NCBI GenBank assembly: GCA_964016885.1 | Contig: OZ024743.1 | Coordinates: 352,346,001 to 352,410,000, forward strand | Reading direction: 5' to 3' | Source: Eledone cirrhosa | Taxonomy: Eukaryota | Length of the DNA: 64,000 bases | Shown: one piece after another, positions 20,052 to 33,716 of the stretch | Numbering within the stretch: position 1 is the stretch's first letter | Layout: each line of letters begins with the position of its first letter | Translations under genes and position numbers: made by a program | The notes under the pieces: generated by a model | What the model was told of the DNA's origin: nothing | What the model saw: only the letters and a program-made list of their open reading frames with translations | The model's database searches: none

Positions 20052-23000
20052 TGGACGCACGTGTGAAGACAGTACAAATCTGCGGAGAAAAGGGTTCGTA
20101 ACTTTAAGCTGTTTTAAAGGGTCATTATTTTGTTTTTTCTTGTCGTTAACGAAACTTAAGATACACGTCTTGATTTAAAGAGAGGGAGACCTCTCAATAT
20201 TCGGACTTTACGCACGAATATTCAGATTTATTTTTTAAAAAACTTCGAAAAAAATCGCTTCCCCACCCCCCCAAAATATGGAAATTTTCGACCTTGAAAT
20301 GGTAAACAACGTTCAGGTCAAAAGTTTAAAGGCAGCCACTATAGATTTTACCACGACTACGAAGGTTACAGTCATGCCTGTCGTCCACTCTACTGAATGT
20401 GAAGGCAAAACTCAAAAGCTACCATCACAACCTCTGTGTTAGCAGTAGTATCATCTGAATACGACATCACCACCGCCGCCATCGCCACCACCGCCACCAC
20501 CACAACAACAACAACAACAACTCAAAGCAATAATGACAATAACACCGACAGCTTCAATGTAAACACGGATGGCGGTGGCAACAGCATCCACAAACAAAAC
20601 AACAACAACAACACCAATAACAGCAAGAATGACAACACCAACAACAAGAGCATCAGAAGCACCACATTTGCTGCAGCAGCAGCAAAAACAAAGCGCTTAT
20701 TGAATATTGATATTGATATTAGCGATAAAGACGAACAGTTGGCCCAAGCGTGCAAGTCCTGGACAAACCTGACCATCCCGGACAAGGCAATAGCGGCCAT
20801 GCAAAGGAGGGCGGTGTACTTTAGTTGCATTTCGGTGCAGACACGAAAAGTGGAACTTGCCAGCCAAGCAGAGGTCTAGGCTGCTTTAGAGTACATCGGA
20901 AGTAACATAGAGTATAAAGCAAGAGGCAAACAGTTCGGTACCATCTCGGTACTCTTCAAAACCGAGGCCCTCGCTATTAAGCACTCGGTGACTCCTGCAG
21001 AACGGAACGCATTCCCAGCATCTCACCAGGAATGAACATGGCTGCTGGGATGCGTAATCGAGGAGGAGACAGACACTACCCTCCTGGATATCAAAAGGAC
21101 AGAGAGAGAGGACTGGTCCGGAATGGATTTGGAGATTCTTCTCCAAATGAAACCGGAGGACATGAACAAGATCCCGTATTTTTCCCGCCTGCATGACGGT
21201 AAACAATCCAACTAATTATTGACGGAAGAAGCCCGCGCTGCTTCATCTGCGGGGAAGCAACGCATCTGCAAGCCTTCTGCCGTCAGCGCAAAAATGCAGG
21301 GGGTCACAAACGTCCTTTGTTGCCAACGCCAGTATCAGCACGGAAAGCTGCACCACCACCACCACCAAAAACAACACCAACAAAGACACGGACAACAACA
21401 TCAAAAACAGCCAGATCACCACCAACACCAATCCAAGGGGAAAACGAGGAAAGCTCTCTCACTCCCCCTACCCCAATTATACACATAGACAAAACAATAA
21501 ACGCACACACAGACACAGATACACTCACAGCCACAGACCCTTTGTCTTCCAGCAGCGAAGATGAAGGAAAACCAAAAGTGCAAAAAACCCAGAGAAAACT
21601 CACAAAAAAAAAAACCAACGAAATACAAAAACATACACAACAAAAAATACAGACACCACTAACGCAAACACTTTCCCAATAACATCAGCACCAACAGCAA
21701 CTCGACACCACCCCCACAATCCCCGAAACGCAAACAACCTAAACAAACACAAGTACAAATAAACACACAAATACCTGAAATTGCAGACACCACACCTACA
21801 ACAAACACAGACATACCCGAAACAACACCACCAAAACCATCACCACCACAGTCACCAAAACGAAAACAAATAAAACCACACCAACAAAATGTTAAAAACT
21901 TCGTGCTTGTCAGAAGGGCCAACGATAAACTGATGGCCCTCTTAGCACGAAGCGAGGACATTCAAACAGAGGGGGAGATTTTTGAAATGAGCACATTTTG
22001 CGTGCCAGAAGATTTGCTTCTGGTCCGAATGTCACTCAATTCCTTCAAAGAAATTCGAGAGAGCTTTCCTCAAGACGTGGGAACCCCGAATGTGAAACCC
22101 ACATCGAGACTTTTAAAGGGGTTCCCAAAAGAAACCCCACCAACTCTGGAGATCGAACCACCCGACCTTCACAAGACCCCGGGAGATAAGTAAACCTTCC
22201 CTCTCTCTCTTAGCTTACCAACATGGCCATATTAAGAGTAGGAAGTTTAAATGTTCGCAGCCTGGGGTCACCCTGGAAGCAGGGTCGCCTGCTCAACGAT
22301 CTCAGGTCGCTGGAAATTGATGTGATTGACGTCAGCGAGACCAGAATTTCCGACACGCGCACACTAGCCCCCATTTTCGACGACTATCAGATCTTCGTAT
22401 CTGTTAGCAGGCCGGGAATGAGGAGGGGGTGGCAGTGCTGTTTAGGAAAGGACTGGATCTCGAAGTAAGGTCGATCTTCCGGGACCCGGATGGTAAGTTG
22501 TGGTTTTGGATGTGAGCAGTAGCGAAGGTGGTGCCTTTAGACTGCTGGCCGTCTACACCCCTACACGGGCCGGACGACCGGACTTCTTTAGGCGCCTGGA
22601 GACCTTTCTGGGTACGTCTCGCCCTTTACTGTTAGCGGGGGACTGGAATGGCATCTTAGACGCCCGCTGGGATTGTGTGGGAGAAGCCGATAGGAGCGGG
22701 GGGTGCAAAAGCCTCAAGCACCTACTCAGCCAGTTCCAACTGTCTGACAGGTATCGACTAGATTTCCCCAATGTGCCAGTATGGACATGGACCAACCGAA
22801 TGGGGTCATCTAGATCGTATATAGACAGGATCTTCATTAGGGAAATAGATAGAAATAGTGTCGTCTGCCCACTTTTTAAAACGGTCGCCTATTCAGATGA
22901 CAAATTTGTGATCTGTACGGTCGACCTAGATAAAACGCGTAGGTTAGGACCGGGTTACTGGAAGCTGAACATGTCATTTCCGGCACGTAAGGCTTACAGG

Positions 23001-25360
23001 GACCGAGTCAACAATTTAGTTAAGAAAAAGTTGACAGGGGGGATCATCAACAACAGATGGTGGAGGGCTCTCAAAAGAGAGATTAGAGTAACTTCGATAG
23101 AGTTCAGTAAAGAACTAGCGTTAGAAAAAAATAGAAAGGAAGGGGAGCTGGTAGATAAGTTAGACGAAGCTATTTGTAGTGGCATTGCAACTGACGTGCT
23201 AGCGGTGGGAATGGCATTAGACCATTTCTTCAATGTGAAACACGAAGGTTGCATTGTCAGAGCTAAGGCGCGTGCGCTAAGAAACGAGGCAACCAAAGCT
23301 GTTTGATGGGCCCGCGTGGCGGAGGCGCAGCATGGTAATAAAACCACAATTCGGTCTTTGGCGAACCGAGAGGGACACGAGATAAGCAATTCCAAGCGGA
23401 TGTGTGAGGCCTTTCGCCAGCACTTTGCTCGGTTGTTCGGGGAGAGTGGTGAGTCAAAGAGAGTAGCGGATTTCAGTCCCTACCTTGACGGCTTGCCGCG
23501 CATCTCGACGGCCGACGCTGAGCACTACGAAAGGCCGATTACTTCAGCCAAAATTCAGGACGCCCTTGTCGGCTGCATGAGGCGCAAGTCGCCCGGTTTG
23601 GATGGCCTGCCCTACGAGCTTTACGTAAATATGCCAGACTTGTTCTTTGAGCTCCTCGAAGCACTCTACTGCAACTGACAGCATAATGGGAGTATTCCCA
23701 GTTCTGTGAGCAGGGGAGTGGTGACGTTAAGGAAAGACGAGAACAAGAGGGATACATTAGACAAACTTCAGGCCCATAACTCTGCTCAACACAGAGTTTA
23801 AGATTTTGGCCAAGGTGTTAGCAAAGAGATTGGCGCTTGTCGTCGAGGATTTGGTTGGGGAGGCACAAACTTGCACAATCCCAGCCAGGTCCATACACAA
23901 CAATCTCCACCTCATGCGATACATCATAGAGAGGGTAGGGTGTAAACCTGGCTTCGGTGGGGGACTAATCAATTTAGATCAATCGAAAGCATTCGATAGG
24001 GTCGACCATCGGTATCTGGAGTTTGTCCTCAAAGCAGCTGGCTTCGGCCCTGTCTTCAGAAGCTGGAACGCAGCAATGCGCAGCGGCACACGCTCGGTGG
24101 TCAAAGTTAATGGCCACCTCTCGGAACCATTTCGGCTCTCCCGATTGGTCCGTCAAGGGTGCCCTCTCTCTTCCCTACTGTACGTATTGACTCTCGACCC
24201 TTTACTGCGGAAGCTGGAGCTGTTGCAGGGCATCCCGCTCGAACCGGGACGTGGAAAGGCGGTGTCGGCTTATGCGGACGACATCACCGTGATGGTGTCG
24301 AACACCTCAGAAATAGAGGTGGTCGGCACCTTATTGAAGGAATATGAAAGGTTGACAGGAGCCAAACTTAACCCGGAAAAGTCGGTGGGCTTGCAGCTCG
24401 GAACCTGGAGAGGCAAGCCTATGCCGCGTAACAGCATCGTGGGGCGCTGGATGGATGGACCGTTAAAGTTGCTCGGATTTGGTTCGGACCAGACCTCCAG
24501 GTGGAAAAAAATTGGGACGAGGTAACGAGCAGAGTAGCCAGTCTCACCCAAAAATGGGCTGGGAGGAAGCTATCACTGAAAGGTCGCACGGAGGTGGCGA
24601 ATGCATACATCGCGTCCATCATCTACTACTGCCTGACCGTCGTGCCTTGCCCCTGTCTGCGCCTTGTCAAGTTGGAATGGCTCCTCTTCAAATTTTTGTG
24701 GAGGGGACAAGTCTCGTTGGTGAGGCAGTCCATCTGCTGCCAGCACCCTCTACGCGGAGGGCTGGGCATGCCGTGGCTAATGATGCACAGACATGCGTTG
24801 AGGCTGCGACATCTCCAGATATTCTGCCTCAACGGTGAACAGATGTGGTCGCCGTTTATCAGACGGACCTTTCCGCAGCTCATTTCTTTGACTGAGCTGC
24901 GGTCCTGGGTCAAGAAGAGACCGAGACTGGGTGACTGGCACCTGGAATGTTGCCAGGCACTCACTGCCCTCTACCAAGCAAGCAATGCGATCAGTGGAAC
25001 TTCCGCTCTCGAGTTCTATAGAGGATTAGTGGTGGGCAAGTGCGATGACGAACTCGGAGAAGCTTTGGGCCTCGACGAAGTCGAACTGACCAGTCTGTAC
25101 CGGAGAACTTTTGAGCTGAGGACGATGGACAATTTCCAGAAATCCCTCGCTTGGCAGTGCTACCGAGGGGCACTGCTGGTTCGGGATAAACTCTACACGC
25201 ACGGAAGTACCGTTCTGCACGCACTTGTCCAATGTCCGTGCATTACTGACTTGTGGAGTTATGTCGAATAGCTACTGTCGCGTGTGGAACGAATCCAGTT
25301 ATCGGCCGAGTCCATAGTATAGATCAACCCGCCGCCTTCTTTTGGTCAGGAAGAGCAGGC
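20052..25360 (+). mobile_element. Diverged, decayed Tx1/L1-clade LINE (copy C), 3'-truncated
   Basis: ORF1 remnant with CFICGEATHLQAFC knuckle; ORF2 from 22223 colinear with copies A/B (GDWN, PGLDG, YADD) but with many stops and frameshifts. Confidence 0.92.
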
Positions 25361-25695
25361 AACTTGTCCAGGTTGATTTTTGCTCTCATCATTCTGATGC
25401 ATCCCTTCCACATTCTGGTTCAAGCAGGATGCTTTGCAACAGCTTCAGCTTCCACAGTAGTGACTCAAGTGTCCACACATACAGAAGGGATGAGAAAGGA
25501 CCCAATGTCTCTAATTTTGCACTTAGCAAAGAGGTGGGCATTGAATATTTTGTCTTTGAAAATATGACCACAGATTGCCTGATGACATCATTTATAAAAG
25601 ACTCTTAAAAAAAGAACACATGGACATAAACACACATGTACATGCCTGCACGCACACAAGTGAAGATACCTACATACTCAAACACTTACATATGC

Positions 25696-26220
25696 ATCAT
25701 CACCACCACCATTTAAAGTCCATTTTTCCATGTAGCATGGGTTAGAAAAGTTATCTCATTGTGAGACAAGCCAAGCCAGATGGCCATGTCTGACTCCTGC
25801 AGAACTGATTTTGGCTTGGTTTCTACAACAGGATGCCTTTTCTAATGCCAACTATATTTACAGTGTATACTAGGTGCTTTTTGTTATGACACCTACACAA
25901 CCATTTTACAGCATGGACTGGGCACTTTTTGTCATGTCACCTACACACCCACTTTACAGTGTAGGCTGGGGAATTGGGTGGATGAGGTGTACAGAGATTG
26001 GGGAGGTAGATCTAGGGGCATGTGTGTGGGGGATGGAGTGTTAGGGCGTTGGATACCTGTTAGAACATGGGTAGAGTGTTAGGACGTTTGAGGTGTATGG
26101 AAGGGGGATGGAGGTGAAGGTGGTGCATACTTGATGTATGCTTCAACCTGTGCTCATGGAAATGTGGGTCTTCTGTATTACTGCATAACACCAGAGATCT
26201 CAGTCCTGTGTCATCACATG
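25696..26220 (-). mobile_element. RTE LINE 3' UTR remnant
   Basis: CATCAT...TTTAAAGTCCATTTTTCCATGTAGCATGGGTT end resembles the RTE 3' ends at 30426 and 45905. Confidence 0.65.
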
Positions 26221-26669
26221 TACACACACACACACATCTCATATATAAGAAAGTGTTTTAGTTTTCTGGAATCAGTTTGGAATATGAGAATTGGTTGTCT
26301 TTGAAGCCAGTACAATGCAGGTTAAGGTTGTAGATATTAATGTAACAGAATCAGTTGATGAGAGAAATAAGGTTGAGTAGAGAAGAGGAAAAAAGAATAA
26401 GAATAAAAGATAATGTTACCTTGGAAATATTATTAATCCCAATATATTTTTGAGTTGCCATCCATTATCAAGGGATCTAATGGAAATTTCAGATAATATT
26501 GAAAAAGACCTTTCTATGCCACTCTGTAGTTTGTCTTGGATTTGAAATTACCAGTCAACTGTGCCTCTGTCACTCAGGCCATTGAATGGATTTTGAGCTT
26601 TCTTATATAGGCATAAACTTGTATATACAACATAATTGTTTCTACATTTGGCACAAGGCCAGCAATTAC

Positions 26670-27530
26670 CCAGTACATTACTGGTACTGCAACATAATAC
26701 AAGCTTGTACTCTTACATGGACCACAGTTATAGTGTCTCTATTCCACACTTCTCTGTCCATCATGGTCAGCTTTAGTATTCTGCTTTAGATTGTCAATGT
26801 ATTGAATAACGCCTTCCTATTCCATGACGTGGATTCCACAAGGCCAGCTTTGATATTTCCTCTTCAGAATGCCATTCACAATATCTTGATAGATAGAATC
26901 AACATTCATTGATTTTCTTTTTTACTTTTGGAAGGATTCAATACAGGTATTCATTTGTTATGCGATGTTGCCACTTCACATGACGGATTACATGTAGCAT
27001 CATTGTGCAGTAGCCATCAAAACTCTTTTTGTTTTGTTTGTTTTATTAGTGTCCATTTCTCTCTACCATATAAGAACACTGATTCACTAGTAGCTAGGAA
27101 CAACCTTATTTTTGTTCTTGTTGGCAGTCATGACTCCCAGATTTTCTGTAGTTTATAGCATGCTGTCTATGCACAAGCTTTCCTGGTTTTGATATCAGTA
27201 TCAGAGCTGCTCATCCACCTTCCTAGGTACCTGATATCTGCATTCAGTTTTTAGCCATTCATTGTTCTCACCTCGACACCTACATTCTACTTGAAGGTCA
27301 TGTACTAGGGTTTTTTTTTCTGCATTTGTTTATTTCACTCTTGGTTTTGTTAACTTTTGTTGGATATCATCAATGTCATAAGTAAGATCAATATTGGTAA
27401 TTGAGACTGCTGATATTTGATGTGATATCTGCTTGTCTATGGAGAATCCTAGGATTTCCTCTCTGGTGATGAGTTCCAAATGAATCTCAACATCCAAGAC
27501 TACAGCAAACAGATATAGGCATTAGACAAT
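26670..27530 (-). mobile_element. Decayed non-LTR RT remnant (RTE-like)
   Basis: Minus-strand YLG-x-W and KTRKA-like RT thumb remnants; no long ORF. Confidence 0.5.
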
Positions 27531-27694
27531 TTCAATTTTATATTTTCATCTCTCAAATTTTCCATTTTTAATATTTCTTTTTTCTTTTTAATTTTTGACA
27601 GAAATGTACATTAAAAAGTTGATCTGCATTATCTTCATGTTGCTGTATGCATTTTTGACATATTATTGTGAGTTGGTGTTACTCTTTTTGTTCT

Positions 27695-28600
27695 TTTTCT
27701 TCTTCTTCTTCTCCTCCTCCTCCTCCTTATTCCCCCCTCCTCCTCCTTCTTTGCCCACTTATTCCTGAGATGGTTGTGGGGGCAGAATCCTCAAACATTC
27801 CTTCCAATGGGTCCTGTCAGAAGCAACCATCTCCAACTGATCCAGCTTGATCACCAAGTGTGACTAGCCAAGCACATGGATATTATCCAACCATCTTGCT
27901 CAGGGTACAGCCCTGGGTCTCTTGCTGGTTTGATTTGCCAGTAAAATCTGTCCAGCGATTCTTTCTGAGACATTCTAACAATATGCCCATAGAATCGAGC
28001 TGTGATTTCTTAAATCGGAGAAGTAGCAGCTCTACCTGGAGTGACTCTCTGATCTCCGAGCTATACATTTTATTGAGTAACATTACTCTAAAGACCCTTC
28101 AGAGTAATCTCATTTCGACCTCTTGTATTCACAATCATATTCTTTCGGTCATTACCCAAGATTCATGACCATAGGTAAGGGTTGGCACGAAAACTGATTT
28201 AAATTTAGCGAGTTTGCCTTTTACACCTACCTTCCTTCTTCTGATTACTGAATGCTGAAGCTGATGCAGTAATGCACCAGCTTTTGCAATTCTTGCACTT
28301 AATTCAGCCTCCTACCTTCCATCACTCATGAACATGGCCCCGAAATACTTGAATGTCTCTACTTGCTTCAGTGGAAATCCATTCGCATATAAAGTGCATT
28401 GCGTAGGCTTCCTTGAGAGGATGAGTGTCTCAGTTTTTGCAGCACTGATTTTCATTCAAGCCATGCAGCACTCGGCATCAAACCTTTCAAGTTCAAGTCG
28501 AAGATCATCTTTTGTCCAGTTAAGTAACACCATGTCATCTACAAATTCCAGCTGACTGATTTTGCACTCCATAGTCATGATACCACTTCCAACCCAAATG
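27695..28600 (-). mobile_element. Decayed RTE-clade LINE fragment
   Basis: Minus-strand remnants: FVDD-like motif, FKYFG, EIRESLQV; GAA/GAG-rich tail. Confidence 0.6.
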
Positions 28601-28821
28601 ACTAGTTAAAATTTATTGAAATTTTCTTTTTCAATACTGTGACATGGGAAAAGATCACTGATGATGGTTAAAAATTTTGTAATGCTAGCATCTGGCATTA
28701 TCACATGGCTACTGAGATAGCTGGGACATAATCATTTGTAACAAAAGCTATATATATTTATTATACATAAAAATATTATATGCGCTTTCATATACATCTC
28801 AATTTTGTTTTTGTTTTCTAG

Positions 28822-29927
28822 ATTTTTTCGATGTACAAAAAGTACATTCAACTTACTTTACTGAAAGAAAAGAAACATTGAAAAATACTAAGATTGTTAT
28901 TAGATCTCAACCAAAAGGATCAAAAGTTGAAGAAATGTACTATAAAAACCCTCAGCCATATGAACATGTTTTTAAATATCTCATCAACGAACCTACTCTG
29001 TGCTCTCAATATGAAAGGGTATTGCTTCTTTATGCCGTTCGTACAATCTACAGTCATTTTGATCGGAGGGAAACATTAAGAAAAATTTTTCTGAATGTTC
29101 CACAAGATTATTACTCAAAAGATATCATCATCAAACATGTTTTTCTTTTTGCTAAAACAAGTAACTCAACAACTGAATCCCTCATTCACGAGGAGAGTAA
29201 AATATACGGAGATATTCTTCAAGAGGATTTTGAAGAATCTTATTTAAATGTTTACTTGAAGACAATTATGGCATGGAAGTGGAGTGTTGAGTTTTGTGCC
29301 AATGCAGATTATGTTATGATATTAAATGATGAACTTTTTATTGACCAATACAAACTTGTACAATTTCTTCGTAACGAATTGTATCAAATTAACTATGAAG
29401 AACAATTTTCTTTTTGTTTCTGTCTTGGCAATGGTATATCAAAACAAAATAATTTCAAAAAGTTTCGTGAGTTAGATCAGAAATATATGTATAAAGGAAA
29501 GTATTATCCTAGATATTGTCATGGTGTTGGTTACATAGCACCTATTAATGTAATCAACAAACTTTATCTGGCATCATTAAAGAACCGTATGCTCATGCCT
29601 GATGATGTTTGGATTGGTGTATTATCAGAAATGCTAAACATTAATGTAAAATGTACTGACAACCGATTTCATGGAACCAATTTGAAAACTTATTATTCCA
29701 AGAATTATCTGGATGGGCCTGTTATAGCCTCCATATGTGACTATAGAGAAAAATATGAAAATGTGGTATACTTCCAGAAGACTATGTATAATGTAGTTTC
29801 CAAACTAAGACGCAAGGATAATTTTGTTAACATCTCTCTACAACTGAAAGATAACAAAAATAGAAATAAGTACTTTTTTATATTGAATATTGCAATTATT
29901 TTTATTGTTCTACTTAACAGACGATGA
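28822..29927 (+). CDS. GT31 beta-1,3-galactosyltransferase-like terminal exon (host gene; upstream exon not located)
   Basis: Polypyrimidine-TAG acceptor at 28821 with the frame open from there; motifs RRETLRK, EESKIYGDILQEDFEESYLN..KT, W....C, YPRYCHGVGY, DDVWIG. Confidence 0.85.
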
Positions 29928-30425
29928 GGTTCTCAATATTATAAATTTACATCTTTAAGCATGTAATCAATCTCAATATCATTGTATTGCATATAACTAA
30001 TATTTGAACTTTAAAATATGTATTCATTTTCAATATTATTCTATCAAAACTCTTTAGTAAGGTTGGTCAAATGCTTTTTCTTAGCATGATGGACAAGTTA
30101 TCTCAGATCAATTTAGTATTTGATCAGAGGTATTGGTCTTTTAGATTGGTTGGAGGCTGCATTTTCCTTACACATATTCCTGCATTCTACCTAGTGCACT
30201 GTGTATTTTATCATGGTACTAGCACTAGGAAAGTCATCATATCATTGATACAACTAAAGAGTCCTCTCTACTCTTTGACATATTTTCTATGACTGGACGT
30301 CCCTCCTATCACCACCCAATTTAACTTTAAGCTAACATACATAAAAAATTCATAATTCATTCAACACTCATAAAAATATGATTGTTTATATGTGTGTGTG
30401 TGCATGAAGAGAGAGATATGTATAT

Positions 30426-31270
30426 ATCATCATCATCATCATCGTTTAACGTTCATCTTCCATGCTAGCATGGGTTAGACAGTTTTGTTCCATTTGATGC
30501 AGGAATAGTCGGGAGACCGTGTCTCGCTTGTACAGAAGTGTCTCTGGCAAGTTTTTTTATAGTGGGACTGTTGTGTCATCGACACAGTGGACTGAACGGG
30601 AAAGGGAAGATGGGGTGGGGTGTACATTGGGTTAAGAGGTGCCTATTGACTGTAGGTTTGTATGCAATGGTAGTCGGGTCTTCTGAACAACTGCATGGCG
30701 CCAAAGATCTCAATCCAGTGTCATTGTCTTAGAGAGGTGTAAGTGAGCAAGGTCAGTTTTTATCACCTCATCCCAGGTTTTTCTTGGTCTACATACTCCG
30801 TAGCTTCCATCAATATTCATTGCCCTGCACTTTTTTATAGAGCTGTTGTCCTTCATACGCATCACATGGCCATACCAATGCAATCTCCTCTCCAAAATAC
30901 AACATTTGATACCTCTTATGCTTAGTCTCCCTGTCAATTCGTTTATGCTTCGCTGATTGCACACATTACTATTACACATCCATCAGAGTATGCAAGCTTC
31001 ATTTCTTTCTAATCTATGCAAGTCTTCAACACACAACGCCCAGGTCTCACTACTATGTAATATCACCGTTCGTATACAAGCATCATACAATCTGCATTTC
31101 ACTTTTAGAGAAAAAACCCTTGTGGCCAACAGCGGTATTAGCTCTGAGCTTTTGCCATCCCATTCTAAATCTGGCTACTGTACTTTCAGAGCATCCTCCT
31201 CCACTGCTGATTTTGTCACCCAGGTAACGGAAAGTGTCTACTATTTCTATAGAACCATCTGGGTAGTTGA
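30426..31270 (-). mobile_element. 5'-truncated RTE LINE with (GAT)n tail
   Basis: RRLHWYGHVMRM...RPRKTW; similar to 45905-46900. Confidence 0.85.
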
Positions 31271-31610
31271 AGGAGATAGCATCTTACACACACATAAATC
31301 ATTGACTATCATAATGTAGAAAGATAGTATTTTATACTTTATGAGTACTTTATGTGTGTTATCTTCATTTCCTCAGAAAAATATAATCTTTATTTGAAGG
31401 TTATTGTCCATGGTGGGAAATATAAAAGCTGCTGCTATATTAGTCAACTAATTGAACAGTAAATTCCACTGCTGAGTTAGTGTGCTAATTTTTCAATCAT
31501 GGACCATTAAAGAGCTCTTGTAACTTATTTTATTTTCCTAGGCACATAAATAGACAAACTTGATCACTAACACAATGGTTCTTTCATCACTATTTCAGCA
31601 AATGCAATGA

Positions 31611-31660
31611 CTACTTTACTGAAGAGGTCAGAATATGACCAAAACATGCCTGATGTTGGT
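31611..31660 (+). ncRNA. Decayed hammerhead-ribozyme-like motif
   Basis: CTGAAGA-GGTCA-gaata-TGACC-AAAACATGCC; the intact form would read GAAACATGTC. Confidence 0.45.
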
Positions 31661-31699
31661 CTTCTATAGTTGTCAGAAAATCATATTAGTTATTAACTA

Positions 31700-32610
31700 A
31701 AGGTGGGTAGAAATTCCATAAGGTGCACATAGCGTAAACTATGGACGCACAAGAGATGTAGTGGGTTTGCAGGTAGGCTAATGGAAAAGACTTTATATGC
31801 ACCAGATGCACAGGAAAGTGAGTACAAAGAGCACACATGAAATAGATTCCTGCAGCTGTCAGTGGAGCTCTCTAGAAGTTATTGACAGCTTTTGATACCT
31901 AGGTGATCAAATTAGTGGTGGAGGAGGATGTGCTGAAAGTGTGATAGCTAGGATAAGAACAGACTGGAAGAAGTTTAGAGATCTATTACTGCTGCTAACA
32001 ACAAAATGCTTCACTCTTCAGGGTAGACTGTATGATACCTGTGTGTAAACTGCAATGCTATATGGCAATGAAACATGGGCCTTGACTGCTCCAATGGATG
32101 TGTAATGTTAGTGTGCATGAGCAACATAGCATAAGCAAACTGAGGGAAAAAATTTGGCATAAGAGGAATTGGATGTAGTATGTAAGAGAGAAGACTGCAT
32201 TGGTATGGACATGTGATGCACATGGAAGATTGCAGCTGTATAAAGAAATGCAGAGAAACCCTAGTGGTAGGGACCATGGAAGAGGCAGACCCAAGAAGAC
32301 ATGGGATGAGATTGTGAAAACTAATCTTAAGAAACTAAACCTCACAACAGAAATGACTAAAAACCACGAGGGTTAGCACTATGCGGTGCTAAAGAAAACC
32401 AGACCTACAGCATATAATGTGACATGACAACCTCCCTAGTGTTGGTAATCTTCACGGTAAATGCACCCAACATATGCTCTAAAGTGGTTGGTGATAGAAA
32501 GCTTTTGTTAATCTAGAAAAGGCCTTTAATAGAGTACCTCAATCTATTGTCTGGTGATCCTTAAGGAAATTAGGTGTAGAAGAATGGCCTGTGACAGTGA
32601 TACATATTCT
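31700..32610 (+). mobile_element. Decayed RTE LINE fragments
   Basis: YLGD, RLHWYGHV, GRGRPKKTW and LEKAFNRVP remnants. Confidence 0.75.
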
Positions 32611-33716
32611 CTGATGCAGACCTTGTTGCACTCCCCATAAAATCAGTAAATACTGCCTGCAATGCAGAAGAGCAGAGTGTAATTAAATACTAGTCATTAC
32701 CAGGCAGATTCCATTTTGTGCCAGTTGCAAGTTGAGATCTCTGGTGTTCTTGGTCTCTGATCTGCCACTTTACTCTACCAAATTAAGATGAATACTTCTT
32801 GCCTGAGAAAGGAGCCTCTTGAGACAGAATAACTGATGCAGCATAAATCTTTAGTTGTTCTTGATGGAAATGTTTTTAACAGGGGTATAGTTGAGAAATG
32901 CTATTCAACTGAGTGTACAGAGTTTTCTTTTTTAGTTTGTTGTCCTTTTTCTTCTATTGTTTTTGTTTGTGTTTTTGTTTTTACTTTGTGTATTTGAAAA
33001 AAAAACTTAATAATTTTTCATTCTTACGTTTTAAGATAAAAACATTTTTATACATGTATCAGCTAATAACATGTTGGATAAGGAAGAAATAAATCATAAA
33101 TAAATAAAAAAATTGTTAAGCTATCATTGATTGTTTATTCATTGGTTGACTGTTTATTTTTCTTCATGATTATTTGCAGTGTGTGCGTGGTTTGTTGTTT
33201 TTATCATTGTTTTTTTTTTATTGTTTTCATCAAAAGATAAAACATTTTCCTATCACTTTCTTGATAAGTTAATTCCGGGATTGAGAAACATAAATAGACC
33301 CAAATATAATTCTTTATCTCAGTGAAACAAATACAACAGGTCCTGATGGCTTTCAAAACTGCAGTAGTTTATTTCAGTTTATGTCTCTCCATTTTGGCTG
33401 GAAATGCATTCTGTCGGGAAGGTAAGCAAAGATGAAAATTAAATATTTTCATTTTTACACACATACACACACACACACACATGTGCATTTCTTTTGTATG
33501 ATTATTATTATTACTATTATTGTTGTCGTAGTTGTTGTTATAAATCCCATAGAGGTCAACTGTGTCTTTCATCGATTAAATTAGTGGGGTTGATTTAATC
33601 GACTTTTCCCTCATAAATTGTTGACCTTAAGCTTAAATTAGAAATCATTGTTATTCCTTCATTTGCACAGCAACAATTTTATTAACATTGGAACATTTAA
33701 TTGACTCCCTATCAAG

